NCBI GenBank assembly: GCA_038523235.1
Contig: JBCBJQ010000010.1
Span: forward strand, 32,001 to 96,000
DNA length: 64,000 nt
DNA from: Cyanobacteria bacterium J06626_4
GTDB lineage: Bacteria; Cyanobacteriota; Cyanobacteriia; Phormidesmidales; Phormidesmidaceae
Reading direction: 5' to 3'
The position numbers and the translations under genes were made by a program. Under the pieces are notes generated by a model, which ran no database searches, was not told where the DNA came from, and saw only the letters and a program-made list of their open reading frames with translations. Below, piece after piece: positions 20,264 to 30,419 of this stretch. How positions within the stretch are numbered: the first letter of the stretch is position 1; the number at the start of each line of letters is the position of its first letter.

Positions 20264-20886
20264 GGGATCGGCCTCGATTATTGACAAGGGTCTGAGACTA
20301 AATCACAGAGGAGAGCACATTTTAATGATGTGTTCTAGGTAGACGTGATCAATCGGGATGCAGGCTGAGACGGTCTCTCTAGATTGAAAGTTTCTCTGCA
20401 ATTTAGCTTCTAATTCGCCATTGTGTGACATTCACAGATGGTTATCTGGTATACAGAAACGAACCGTCATAGTTATGTACTGACTGAGGCGTTTATTCAT
20501 ATTTTGTAAGAACTGCCGAGTTTAGACGCGATCACCTCAAAAACTGTCGCCTTAGTGGCCGTAGCGTCATTATCTAAGTGCCAGTGCGTTTAGCAGAACG
20601 GTAAAACACTGGTGATCAAACCTCGCTAGAGTTAACAATTTCTCTTAGATTTTTGTGGCCAACGCGGCGGCAACTTTCCGCGAACACCGTCAGAGAATCT
20701 TGGGTTTGATAAGAAATGATTCAGAAAACCGTAATGATATCTGACGATTTTCTTAAGTACAGCCGGAAAAGTAATTTTCTGGATAGATAATTCTCCAACA
20801 CGCCAACGCGATCGCGCCCGCAATCCACGCTGGGTAGCGTGATTGCCCTGGCTGATCCCCTGTGATGTTTAAGGCTCATATCAATA

Positions 20887-23800
20887 ATGATTCGTCAAAC
20901 TCCGCCCGCCAAGCAAGGCCTTTACGATCCGCAGTTTGAGCATGATGCCTGTGGGGTCGGCTTTGTGGTGCAAATGAAAGGCCAAGCCTCTCACGACATC
21001 GTTGAGCAGGCGTTGACCATTTTGTTAAATCTCAATCATCGCGGCGCTGTCGGGGCTGAACCCAACACCGGGGATGGAGCAGGCATTTTGATGCAGTTGC
21101 CCCACAAATTCATGAAGAAGGTGGCGGCGGCTGAGGGGATTGATCTGCCCGAGCCGGGCCAGTACGGGGTGGGCATGATGTATGCCTCACCTGATGCGAC
21201 GGTGCGCCAGCAAAGTCGGCAAATTTTTGAAGAGATTGTCACGGCTGCGGGGCAATCGGTGTTGGGCTGGCGCGATGTGCCGACCAACAATGCCACGCTG
21301 GGAGAGACGGCGCAGGCGAGCGAACCCTTTATGGAGCAGGTGTTCATTGGCCGCAGCCCTGACTTGGCGGACGAGTTGGCCTTTGAGCGCAAGCTCTATG
21401 TGATTCGCAAGCAGTCACACATGGCAACGCGACACTCCGGCATCGATCGCTACTGGTATCCGGCCAGCATTTCTTGCCGCACCATCGTTTATAAGGGCAT
21501 GTTGATGCCGGTGCAGGTGGGCGAGTATTACCCCGACCTCAGCGATCCCGATGTCGAAAGCGCTTTGGGGCTGGTGCATTCCCGCTTTAGCACCAATACT
21601 TTTCCCAGTTGGGAGCGATCGCACCCCTATCGCTACATCGCTCACAATGGCGAAATCAATACGATGCGCGGCAACATCAACTGGATGCACGCCCGCCAGT
21701 CAATGTTTGAGTCCGACTTGTTTGGGGACGATCTGAAAAAAGCGCAGCCCATTATCAATGTGGACGGCAGCGACTCCACCATTTTTGACAACACGTTGGA
21801 GATGCTGACGCTGTCTGGGCGATCGCTGCCCCACGCCATGATGATGATGATTCCCGAGCCGTGGGCGGGGCACGAGTCGATGAGCGCCGAGAAAAAGGCG
21901 TTTTATGAATACCACGCCTGTCTGATGGAACCGTGGGATGGCCCCGCCTCGATCGCCTTTACCGACGGCACGATGATGGGGGCCGTGCTCGATCGCAACG
22001 GTCTGCGCCCCTCGCGCTACTACGTCACGACAGATGATCGGGTGATCATGGCCTCGGAAGCTGGGGTGTTACCCGTGCCGCCGGAGGCAGTGGCCCAAAA
22101 AGGACGCTTGGAACCGGGTCGCATGTTCTTGGTGGATACCAGTCAGGGCCGCATCGTCTCGGATGACGAGATTAAGCAGAGCATCGCCACGGAGCAGCCC
22201 TATCAGGCCTGGCTCGACCAAAATTTGGTGAACCTGACGGATTTGCCCGGTCACGAACAGACTAATGGATCTAATGGCAAGCATCCCGCCCCGTCTGGTG
22301 ATGCCGCCCCAGCCGCGCCGTTGGCGCAACGGCAACGGGCCTTTGGCTACACCTTCGAAGAGCTGCGGCTGCTGCTCTCGCCCATGGCCCAAAACGGCGT
22401 GGAGGCGATCGGAGCCATGGGCACCGACACGCCGCTAGCCGTGCTGTCGAACCGACCGAAGCTGCTGTACGACTATTTTCAACAGCTGTTTGCTCAGGTG
22501 ACGAACCCGCCGATCGACTCAATTCGCGAAGCGATCGTGACGTCGCCGATTACCACTATCGGCAGCGAGCGCAATTTGCTGCAGCCCGAACCCGAGAGCT
22601 GTCGCCTGATCAAGCTGAACACGCCGGTGATCAGCAACGCCGAACTGGCCAAATTAAAGGCGATCGACAGTCCTCATTTCGCTTCGATCACGCTGCCGAT
22701 GCTGTTCGATCCAAAAGCAGGCGTGACGGGACTGACGGCTGCTATTGACGCCCTTTGCCAGCAGGCCGATGCGGCGATCGCCGCCGGCACGAACATTCTC
22801 ATTCTCAGCGATCGCGACATCAGCCCGACCCAGGCAGCGATTCCGGCACTGCTAGCGGTTTCCGGCCTGCATCACCATTTGATTCGCAACGGCACCCGCA
22901 CCCGCGTCGGCCTCGTGCTGGAGTCGGGCGAACCGCGCGAAGTACATCACTATGCGGTGCTGTTGGGCTATGGCTGCGGCGCAATTAATCCCTACCTGGC
23001 CTTTGAAACCATTGACACCATGATTGCCGACGGGGTGATCACCGGCGTAGACTTTGCCACTGCCTGCAAAAACTACATCAAGGCGGTGACCAAAGGGGTG
23101 ATCAAAATTGGCTCCAAGATTGGCGTTTCCACGATTCAGAGCTATCGCGGCGCGCAGATCTTTGAGGCGATCGGGCTCGATTCCAGCGTGATTGATCAGT
23201 ACTTCACCTGGACGGCCTCACGGCTAGAAGGGGCCGATCTAGCCGTGCTGGCTGAAGAAGCGGTGCTGCGCCACGGCCATGCTTTCCCTGATCGCGACCT
23301 GCCCGATCACACGCTAGATGTGGGCGGCGACTATCAATGGCGGAAAGACGGTGAAGCCCATCTGTTCAGTCCCACCACGATTCACACCCTGCAGCAGGCG
23401 GTGCGAGCCGGTGACTACGCCCTGTACAAACAGTATTCCGCTCAGATTAACGACCACGGCAAACAGTTCTTCCGCATTCGCGATCTGCTGGAATTTAAAG
23501 ATCGGGAACCGATTCCCCTCGAAGCAGTGGAGCCGGTGGAGGCGATCATGAGTCGCTTCAAAACCGGGGCGATGAGCTACGGTTCCATCTCGAAGGAAAC
23601 CCACGAAGCACTGGCGATCGCCATGAATCGCATTGGCGGCAAGTCCAATACGGGTGAGGGCGGCGAAGATCCGGAGCGGTATACCTGGACGAATGAGCAG
23701 GGCGACTCGAAAAATAGCGCTATCAAGCAGGTCGCTTCGGGACGCTTTGGCGTCACCAGCCTCTATCTATCCCAAGCGAAGGAACTGCAGATCAAGATGG

Positions 23801-25512
23801 CCCAAGGGGCCAAGCCGGGCGAAGGCGGTCAGCTCCCTGGTAAAAAGGTGTATCCCTGGATTGCTAAGGTGCGACACTCGACGCCTGGCGTGGGCCTAAT
23901 TTCCCCACCGCCCCACCATGACATCTATTCCATCGAAGACCTGGCGCAGCTGATCCATGACCTGAAGAACGCCAACCGTCAGGCGCGGGTCAGCGTCAAA
24001 CTGGTGTCAGAGGTGGGCGTCGGCACAGTAGCCGCCGGAGTGGCTAAAGCCCACGCCGATGTGGTGCTGATCTCGGGCTTCGATGGCGGGACGGGCGCTT
24101 CGCCCCAGACCTCTATTAAGCATGCCGGACTGCCCTGGGAATTGGGCCTGGCAGAAACCCACCAAACCCTGGTGCTGAACAACCTGCGCAGTCGCATCGC
24201 GGTAGAAACCGATGGCCAGATGAAAACGGGCCGCGACGTGGCGATCGCCACGCTGCTGGGGGCCGAAGAATACGGCTTCTCCACCGCCCCGCTGGTTTCC
24301 CTCGGCTGCATCATGATGCGGGTCTGTCACAAAAACACCTGCCCCGTTGGCGTCGCTACCCAAGATCCGGCCCTGCGCAAGAACTTCACCGGCGATCCGC
24401 AGCACACAGTCAATTTCATGACCTTCATTGCTCAGGAACTGCGGGAAATCATGGCGGAGCTGGGCTTCCGCACCATTAATGAAATGGTGGGCCGGACGGA
24501 CGTGCTGGAACCGAAGCAGGCGATCGACCATTGGAAAGCCAAGGGTGTGGATGTCTCCAAGATTCTGCATCAGCCGGAGGTGGGGCCAGAGGTGGGCCGC
24601 TACTGCCAAATCCCTCAGGATCACGGCCTGGCCCAATCCCTCGACATGACGACGCTGCTAGATCTCTGTCAGCCTGCGATTGAAAAAGGCGAAAAGGTCA
24701 GCGCCACCCTACCCATCACCAACGTGAATCGGGTCGTCGGCACCATCCTCGGCAACGAAATCAGCAAGCGCCATTGGGAGGGCCTACCGGAAGACACCGT
24801 GCAGCTGCACTTCCAGGGCAGCGCCGGACAGAGCTTCTCGGCCTTTGTGCCAAAGGGCGTGACGATGGAACTGGAAGGGGATGCTAACGACTACCTGGCC
24901 AAGGGCCTCAGTGGCGGCAAGGTGATCCTCTATCCGCCCGAGGCATCAACCTTTGTCGCGGAAGAGAACATCATCGCCGGTAATGTCGCCTTTTACGGTG
25001 CGACGGGGGGTGAAGCCTACATTCGTGGTCTCGCGGGTGAGCGCTTCTGCGTTCGCAACTCTGGCGTGCGGGCGGTGGTCGAAGGTGTCGGCGACCATGG
25101 CTGCGAATACATGACTGGTGGCAAGACGGTAATCATTGGCCCCACGGGACGCAACTTTGCGGCGGGCATGAGCGGCGGCGTCGCCTACGTGCTGGATGAA
25201 GCGGGGGATTTTGCCACCCGCTGCAACACCGAAATGGTGGATCTAGAACGGCTGGAAGACCCGGAGGAGATTCTGGAACTTCACGACATGATTCAGAACC
25301 ATGTGAAGTACACGGGCAGCACCAAGGGCGATCGCGTCCTCACGGCTTGGAACGACACGGTGCCGAAATTTGTGAAGGTGATGCCCCGCGACTACAAGCG
25401 GGTGCTGCAGCACATTCAAAAGGCGCTCGCCGACGGTCTCGACGGCGACGATGCCCTGTCAGCTGCGTTTGAAGAAAACGCCCGCGACATCGCCCGCATC
25501 AGCGGCAGTTAA
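20887..25512 (+). CDS. gltB: Glutamate synthase large subunit (likely NADH-GOGAT, paired with gltD)
   Basis: [44 protein letters not shown]. Confidence 0.98.
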   Translation: MIRQTPPAKQGLYDPQFEHDACGVGFVVQMKGQASHDIVEQALTILLNLNHRGAVGAEPNTGDGAGILMQLPHKFMKKVAAAEGIDLPEPGQYGVGMMYASPDATVRQQSRQIFEEIVTAAGQSVLGWRDVPTNNATLGETAQASEPFMEQVFIGRSPDLADELAFERKLYVIRKQSHMATRHSGIDRYWYPASISCRTIVYKGMLMPVQVGEYYPDLSDPDVESALGLVHSRFSTNTFPSWERSHPYRYIAHNGEINTMRGNINWMHARQSMFESDLFGDDLKKAQPIINVDGSDSTIFDNTLEMLTLSGRSLPHAMMMMIPEPWAGHESMSAEKKAFYEYHACLMEPWDGPASIAFTDGTMMGAVLDRNGLRPSRYYVTTDDRVIMASEAGVLPVPPEAVAQKGRLEPGRMFLVDTSQGRIVSDDEIKQSIATEQPYQAWLDQNLVNLTDLPGHEQTNGSNGKHPAPSGDAAPAAPLAQRQRAFGYTFEELRLLLSPMAQNGVEAIGAMGTDTPLAVLSNRPKLLYDYFQQLFAQVTNPPIDSIREAIVTSPITTIGSERNLLQPEPESCRLIKLNTPVISNAELAKLKAIDSPHFASITLPMLFDPKAGVTGLTAAIDALCQQADAAIAAGTNILILSDRDISPTQAAIPALLAVSGLHHHLIRNGTRTRVGLVLESGEPREVHHYAVLLGYGCGAINPYLAFETIDTMIADGVITGVDFATACKNYIKAVTKGVIKIGSKIGVSTIQSYRGAQIFEAIGLDSSVIDQYFTWTASRLEGADLAVLAEEAVLRHGHAFPDRDLPDHTLDVGGDYQWRKDGEAHLFSPTTIHTLQQAVRAGDYALYKQYSAQINDHGKQFFRIRDLLEFKDREPIPLEAVEPVEAIMSRFKTGAMSYGSISKETHEALAIAMNRIGGKSNTGEGGEDPERYTWTNEQGDSKNSAIKQVASGRFGVTSLYLSQAKELQIKMAQGAKPGEGGQLPGKKVYPWIAKVRHSTPGVGLISPPPHHDIYSIEDLAQLIHDLKNANRQARVSVKLVSEVGVGTVAAGVAKAHADVVLISGFDGGTGASPQTSIKHAGLPWELGLAETHQTLVLNNLRSRIAVETDGQMKTGRDVAIATLLGAEEYGFSTAPLVSLGCIMMRVCHKNTCPVGVATQDPALRKNFTGDPQHTVNFMTFIAQELREIMAELGFRTINEMVGRTDVLEPKQAIDHWKAKGVDVSKILHQPEVGPEVGRYCQIPQDHGLAQSLDMTTLLDLCQPAIEKGEKVSATLPITNVNRVVGTILGNEISKRHWEGLPEDTVQLHFQGSAGQSFSAFVPKGVTMELEGDANDYLAKGLSGGKVILYPPEASTFVAEENIIAGNVAFYGATGGEAYIRGLAGERFCVRNSGVRAVVEGVGDHGCEYMTGGKTVIIGPTGRNFAAGMSGGVAYVLDEAGDFATRCNTEMVDLERLEDPEEILELHDMIQNHVKYTGSTKGDRVLTAWNDTVPKFVKVMPRDYKRVLQHIQKALADGLDGDDALSAAFEENARDIARISGS

Positions 25513-25541
25513 CTGGGGTTGACTGCGATGCCTGCCGGCAA

Positions 25542-25629
25542 CTTACCGCCTGCGACACCTCTCCTTATGAAGGAGAGATTTATCAACACTCCGATCCCTC
25601 TCCTTATGAAGGAGAGGCTAGGTGAGGTT
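25542..25629. repeat. REP-like palindromes in the gltB-gltD spacer
   Basis: cctctccttatgaaggagag at 25558-25577 and 25597-25616, preceded by cttaccgcctgcgaca shared with 35131 and 15-78. Confidence 0.75.
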
Positions 25630-25726
25630 CCTCAGGAGCTTGCATCTCCAACCCCGAAACCGACTGCCCATCAACTCTCTCGCTTCCCAACCAAGCACCC
25701 TTAACCCTTAACCACTCTCAAACATC

Positions 25727-27211
25727 ATGGGAAAACCAACCGGCTTTATGGAATTTCTGCGCGAGGCGGCTACCGAAGTGGCCCCCAGCGATCGCATCCG
25801 CAATTGGGATGAATTCCACCTGCACATGCCCGAAGCAAGCTTGCAGACCCAGGGCGCGCGCTGCATGGATTGCGGCACCCCCTTCTGCCACACCGGCATG
25901 GAAATCAACCGCGCGGCGAGCGGTTGTCCCATCAATAACCTGATTCCCGAGTGGAATGACCTGATTTATCAGGGGCGTTGGCAGGAAGCGCTGGATCGCC
26001 TCCATAAAACCAATAACTTTCCTGAGTTCACCGGACGGGTCTGTCCCGCGCCCTGTGAAGGGGCCTGTGTACTGGGCATCATCGAGCCGCCGGTCACCAT
26101 CAAAAACATCGAATATTCCATTGCTGAAAAGGGCTGGGAAGAAGGCTGGATTACGCCGCAGATTCCCAGTAAGCGGACGGGTAAAAAGGTGGCGATCGTG
26201 GGTTCTGGCCCCGCTGGGTTGTCCGCTGCGGCTCAGCTGAACTCTGCCGGTCATTGGGTGACGGTGTATGAGCGGAGCGATCGCCCCGGTGGCCTGCTGA
26301 TGTACGGTATCCCCAACATGAAGCTAGAGAAAGAAAAGGTGGTGATGCGCCGCCTGGATGTGCTGGAAGCGGAGGGCGTCACCTTTGTCTGCAATACGGA
26401 AGTCGGCAAAGACCTGCCCACCGAGCAGCTGATGGATGATTTTGACGCGGTCGTCCTTTGCACTGGCTCCACTCGCCCCCGCGACCTCTCGATTAAAGGG
26501 CGCGATCTCAAGGGCATTCATTTCGCGATGGAGTTTCTCACGGCGAACACCCAGGCGGTATTGAACGGTGAACCGAGTGATAACTACATTTCTGCGGCGG
26601 GCAAAGATGTGGTGATTATTGGCGGGGGTGACACGGGCACCGACTGTGTGGGCACCTCGATTCGCCACGGCTGCAACAGCGTCACCCAGCTCGAAATCAT
26701 GCCGAAGCCCCCCGTCGAACGCGCTGCCAATAATCCCTGGCCGGAGTGGCCCAAAATCTACCGCTTGGATTACGGGCAGGAAGAGGCAGCCGAGATGTTT
26801 GGCGATGACCCTCGGGCCTACACTCGCACGGCCACGAAGTTTGAGGGCGATGAAAACGGTCAGCTCAAGGCTGTGCACACCGTACAGGTCGAGTGGGCGA
26901 AGGATGAAAACGGGCGCTTTATTCCCCAACACGTTGCTGGCACTGAAAAAGTGCTGCCTGCGCAACTGGTGCTGCTGGCGATGGGTTTCCTCGGCCCCGA
27001 ACAGCCCATCATCGATGCCCTTGGCCTAGAGCAAGATGGCCGCAGCAACATCAAAGCAGAACATGAGCAATACACCACCAGCATTCCGGGTGTGTTTGCG
27101 GCGGGCGATTGCCGTCGCGGGCAAAGCCTGGTGGTTTGGGCGTTTAATGAAGGTCGGGGCGTGGCGCGGGAGTGCGATCGCTTCCTCATGGGCACCACCG
27201 AACTGCCTTAG
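25727..27211 (+). CDS. gltD: Glutamate synthase small subunit
   Basis: [49 protein letters not shown]. Confidence 0.98.
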   Translation: MGKPTGFMEFLREAATEVAPSDRIRNWDEFHLHMPEASLQTQGARCMDCGTPFCHTGMEINRAASGCPINNLIPEWNDLIYQGRWQEALDRLHKTNNFPEFTGRVCPAPCEGACVLGIIEPPVTIKNIEYSIAEKGWEEGWITPQIPSKRTGKKVAIVGSGPAGLSAAAQLNSAGHWVTVYERSDRPGGLLMYGIPNMKLEKEKVVMRRLDVLEAEGVTFVCNTEVGKDLPTEQLMDDFDAVVLCTGSTRPRDLSIKGRDLKGIHFAMEFLTANTQAVLNGEPSDNYISAAGKDVVIIGGGDTGTDCVGTSIRHGCNSVTQLEIMPKPPVERAANNPWPEWPKIYRLDYGQEEAAEMFGDDPRAYTRTATKFEGDENGQLKAVHTVQVEWAKDENGRFIPQHVAGTEKVLPAQLVLLAMGFLGPEQPIIDALGLEQDGRSNIKAEHEQYTTSIPGVFAAGDCRRGQSLVVWAFNEGRGVARECDRFLMGTTELP

Positions 27212-27223
27212 CGCCTGCATCCA

Positions 27224-27259
27224 GGACCCCGGTTTCTTGAAGAAACCGGGGTCCTTTTT
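27224..27259 (+). terminator. Perfect palindrome plus T tract after gltD
   Basis: ggaccccggtttcttgaagaaaccggggtcc then ttttt. Confidence 0.75.
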
Positions 27260-27318
27260 GGTTTTGCTAAATTGAGAGGCAAGTCCGAGAGGTTTAACGT
27301 GTTGCATTGAGCAAGAGG

Positions 27319-27963
27319 ATGGCAACATCACCTGCCGCTGAAGCCCTGCCGATCGCTCCTGCAGAAAACCGAGTCGCCTTCCAGGGCATTGATTCAGTTG
27401 CCTACCAGCAAATGAAAGCCTTGCTCAATGAACGGACTCGGGCACGGCTAACGTACGATCGCGGCACCCTTGAAATTACGACGCCCTCAGAACTGCATGA
27501 GTTTTATGCCCGCTTGATCGAGCGCTTCATCGTCATTCTGGTGGTAGAACTCGGGCTGAAAATCAAAACCCTCGGCTCCACTACGCTGGATCGCGAGGAC
27601 TTAGAGCGAGGAGCCGAACCCGACAACGGTTATTACATTCAAAACCAACCTCGAGTTGTCGGACGCCCAATCAATTTAGAGACTGATCCGCCACCGGATT
27701 TAGTCGTCGAAGTCGATATTAAGCACACCAACATTGATAAGAACGCGCTCTATGCGGCGATGGGGGTACCGGAATTTTGGCGATTTAATGGCAAAGTTTG
27801 GCGCATTTACCAGTTAAGAGACGGCGAGTATGTCGAATGCGATCGCTCCCCGATATTCCCCAGCGTCGCTAAAGACGAACTCTATCAATTCCTCGTCACC
27901 TGCCAGCAAGATGAGGTTGCAGCGGAACTCGATTTGCGATCGCGTCTCAGACAGCAATCTTAG
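27319..27963 (+). CDS. Uma2/DUF820 family endonuclease-fold protein
   Basis: RLTYDRGTLEI, GAEPD, PPPDLVVEVD, YAAMGVPEFWR. Confidence 0.92.
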   Translation: MATSPAAEALPIAPAENRVAFQGIDSVAYQQMKALLNERTRARLTYDRGTLEITTPSELHEFYARLIERFIVILVVELGLKIKTLGSTTLDREDLERGAEPDNGYYIQNQPRVVGRPINLETDPPPDLVVEVDIKHTNIDKNALYAAMGVPEFWRFNGKVWRIYQLRDGEYVECDRSPIFPSVAKDELYQFLVTCQQDEVAAELDLRSRLRQQS

Positions 27964-27994
27964 CAGTACCAAAGACCAATATTCTGATGCAGAG

Positions 27995-28030
27995 GATCAC
28001 TTCCTCATGGGCACTACCGAACTCTCCTAG
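27995..28030 (+). repeat. Copy 2 of the 36-bp gltD 3' end
   Basis: gatcacttcctcatgggcactaccgaactctcctag vs 27176-27211, 31/36 identical; encodes [11 protein letters not shown]. Confidence 0.88.
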
Positions 28031-28100
28031 CGATCGCCCGAGGAATCGGGTTTCTAATAGTGCCTCTATCAGCTCAAAAAGGGAGGGAAGAAAACAGAGC

Positions 28101-28382
28101 ATGAACAGGACTCACGTAAAGAAAAGAAACCTACTCAAGTTGGCTTTTGCGCTCCTGATTTTATATGTGGTTATGGCTCTCCCAACAATTTTGTACCACT
28201 ATTTTAGCTGGGATGGGTGTGTGCGTTTTGAACCTAGCGGTGAAATAAAATTTTGCTTTTCACCTGTAGAGCGTCTACAGATCGCTTTAACTATAGGGGT
28301 AATTGTCAGCTTACCCATCACTGTAGTGATATCGGTGTTTATCTTCTTTATAAGTACAATAATCCGAAGAAGGAATAGATAA
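28101..28382 (+). CDS. Small AT-rich two-TM membrane protein
   Basis: ATG 28101 within ORF 27987..28382; two hydrophobic segments and a basic tail. Confidence 0.6.
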   Translation: MNRTHVKKRNLLKLAFALLILYVVMALPTILYHYFSWDGCVRFEPSGEIKFCFSPVERLQIALTIGVIVSLPITVVISVFIFFISTIIRRRNR

Positions 28383-28437
28383 CTAACGTTTTGTCCTGAA
28401 GTTCTTTTATTCGAAGAAATTGATTTTTCGTTGAAGC

Positions 28438-28749
28438 ATGAGCAATTCATCAAGAACCGGCTGATCTAGAATTGATGCCATAGCGGATGAGGATATTGAC
28501 ACCTCTAATACTCCACCTCTAGAAAGCAAATTCTTGGCCAAGGCTGAGTTACGAATGCCTGCTGCAGAGATATCTGTAGTGGCCGTCCCTGTCGATGCCG
28601 AAACTTTCATTTGGTTCCAAGCAAAAGGCAAAGAAGCAGAACAGCCTATGATCGCTGCTCTCAGAATTTACGCTGAGTCCCAAAAGCAAGCTACTCAATA
28701 CAACAAAAATCCTGATCGCTTCCTCATAGGCACTACCGAACTGCCTTAA
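28438..28749 (+). pseudogene. BrnA-like antitoxin remnant fused in frame to the gltD tail
   Basis: MSNSSRTG*SRIDAIADEDIDTSNTPPL...VDAETFIWFQAKG...ALRIYAESQK; TGA at 28462-28464 where Trp is typical; ends DRFLIGTTELP*. Confidence 0.7.
28714..28749 (+). repeat. Copy 3 of the 36-bp gltD 3' end
   Basis: gatcgcttcctcataggcactaccgaactgccttaa, 33/36 identical to 27176-27211. Confidence 0.9.
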
Positions 28750-28848
28750 CGAAGATTCTGAGCTCTCATCGTGCTAAGGAGTGGCGATACCGGATTTGCC
28801 CGGCTGGGCAAACTGGCTCTACGAGACATTCGGTAAAGGATTAAAATT

Positions 28849-29289
28849 GTGACGCATTCGCCCAATAGAAAAAAGTCCATCCTTATGGGGGTGGCAGTGG
28901 CCATAGTGGGATTGCTGGGAGCTTCAGGTTGCACAAGCGCCAACCGCGATGCTGATGTTGCTAGCGTGCCTGCGCCCCCATCTGACGTACCTGTCGATAT
29001 CTCAGGCTCACCAACAGTTCAAAACATTGCAACCGACTTTGGCACGATGGTAGTGGTCGCCTTTCCAAACGGTGATTATCAAACTTGGTTCATTAGCAAG
29101 CAAGACGGAAGAGTTACGAGTCTAGGTCATAAAACCTCTATCGCAGCGAACCGTAGTACAGATCGAATGCATATTGATTACAACTCAGACATTTATACTG
29201 AGAGCCGCGGCGGTGATGGTAGGGGTTCCTCTAGTTCCGGTACATCTGAGGTTATCCTCGGTCCGTCTCCAACGCCTAGTGCGCAGTAA
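28849..29289 (+). CDS. Putative lipoprotein
   Basis: Basic N-terminus, hydrophobic stretch, ASGC lipobox-like site; AAGGA upstream. Confidence 0.65.
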   Translation: MTHSPNRKKSILMGVAVAIVGLLGASGCTSANRDADVASVPAPPSDVPVDISGSPTVQNIATDFGTMVVVAFPNGDYQTWFISKQDGRVTSLGHKTSIAANRSTDRMHIDYNSDIYTESRGGDGRGSSSSGTSEVILGPSPTPSAQ

Positions 29290-29425
29290 TGAGTATGGCG
29301 GCAAGGAGCTTTTAGCGGCTTACCCAGACGTGGATTGGAAAGGAGCGAAAGGTACTCGCGATATTCTTAGCCACCATTACGATGATGTGGATGCAGAAGT
29401 GGTATTCGATATTTGCGAGGCAAAG
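29288..29425 (+). pseudogene. Internal fragment of a DUF86/HepT-like ribonuclease
   Basis: LLAAYPDVDWKGAKGTRDILSHHYDDVDAEVVFDIC; no N-terminus and truncated C-terminus. Confidence 0.75.
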
Positions 29426-29504
29426 GACGATCACGATCGCTCAATTGCTATTCTCTAAGGGAGGTCGCATTGAGAGTGACTCGGTTCTAACAAAAATTGC
29501 TGGT

Positions 29505-29762
29505 ATGACTCAACCCTTTTTGATGGGCGATCGCGTTCGCCTCAAGTCAGCTCCGCCCTATATCAAAACCGCTGACACCATGCCCATGCTGCGTCCTGGC
29601 GATTTAGTTGCCGTCGGCTCTGAAGGCGTGGTGACGGCTCAGAACCCTGGCGGTTCTTGGACGATCAAGTTCGACCAAGGCTCCTTCTTAGTCGATAGCG
29701 GCTATCTCGAAAAGGCCACGACTGAAACTGAGTCTGCCGAACCCCAGCCGTCAGCGGGATAA
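29505..29762 (+). CDS. sipA: DUF3148 / SipA (NblS-interacting) family protein
   Basis: GDRVRL..PPYIKTADTMPMLRP.D.V..G.EG.V...GSFLVD. Confidence 0.82.
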   Translation: MTQPFLMGDRVRLKSAPPYIKTADTMPMLRPGDLVAVGSEGVVTAQNPGGSWTIKFDQGSFLVDSGYLEKATTETESAEPQPSAG

Positions 29763-29902
29763 GTCAGCTCCATGTGAAACTGCCTGGGTCAATAGCAATG
29801 CCGTCTTAGCTGTCGAGAATCAGCTGGGCTGGTTCTTGATGGATTGAGCGATCTCGTCTCGGTTAAGGTTCAGGGCAACTGGAGCGAGTCTCAAGTTGCC
29901 GA

Positions 29903-30346
29903 CTACTCGGATTTACGACTAGCCTGCTCAACTTGCTCAATCTCACTCAAGAGCGTCTTTAAGGTGAGGTTCACACCACCATCGGCCCGGCGTTCCAAAT
30001 CCCATTGGCGAATCGTGTCCTTGAGATCGCCGTGCTCAAACAGGGCCATCAGCCGCGATTCGATCGCTTCATCAGCCTGATATTCCTCTAAAGAAGGGCC
30101 GACCACATCTTTCCACATGAGTCGAATCAGCGTTGACGGTTCCCCTTGATCCACACAATCGCAGAACCACTGCAAAATATCGAGTAGGCGTACCGTGGCT
30201 CGAATGCCGGGTGGAAACAGATAATCCATCCCCTGACGACATTGGCAGTAGAAATCGATAAACGCTTGAGAAACGGGATCAGGATGAACCGCTTTCAGGG
30301 CTTGTACCTGAACGATCAAAGCTTTGGTGGCGTCAGTAATATCCAT
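29903..30346 (-). CDS. Hypothetical protein
   Basis: 147 aa ORF co-directional with and downstream of malQ. Confidence 0.7.
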   Translation of the reverse strand: MDITDATKALIVQVQALKAVHPDPVSQAFIDFYCQCRQGMDYLFPPGIRATVRLLDILQWFCDCVDQGEPSTLIRLMWKDVVGPSLEEYQADEAIESRLMALFEHGDLKDTIRQWDLERRADGGVNLTLKTLLSEIEQVEQASRKSE

Positions 30347-30419
30347 CGGCTCAACGGCTCTTTAGATCGCAGCATGCCACGCCTCCTGACGGCGCATCTG
30401 TTCGCCAGAAGACATCAGT

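Noticed and set aside
20441..20454. GTT-N8-TAC as an NtcA site upstream of gltB
   Set aside because: One mismatch to GTA-N8-TAC and no properly spaced -10 box
27176..28749. 36-bp repeats as a CRISPR array
   Set aside because: Spacers are about 680-780 bp and contain genes, the repeat is gltD coding sequence, and no cas genes are present
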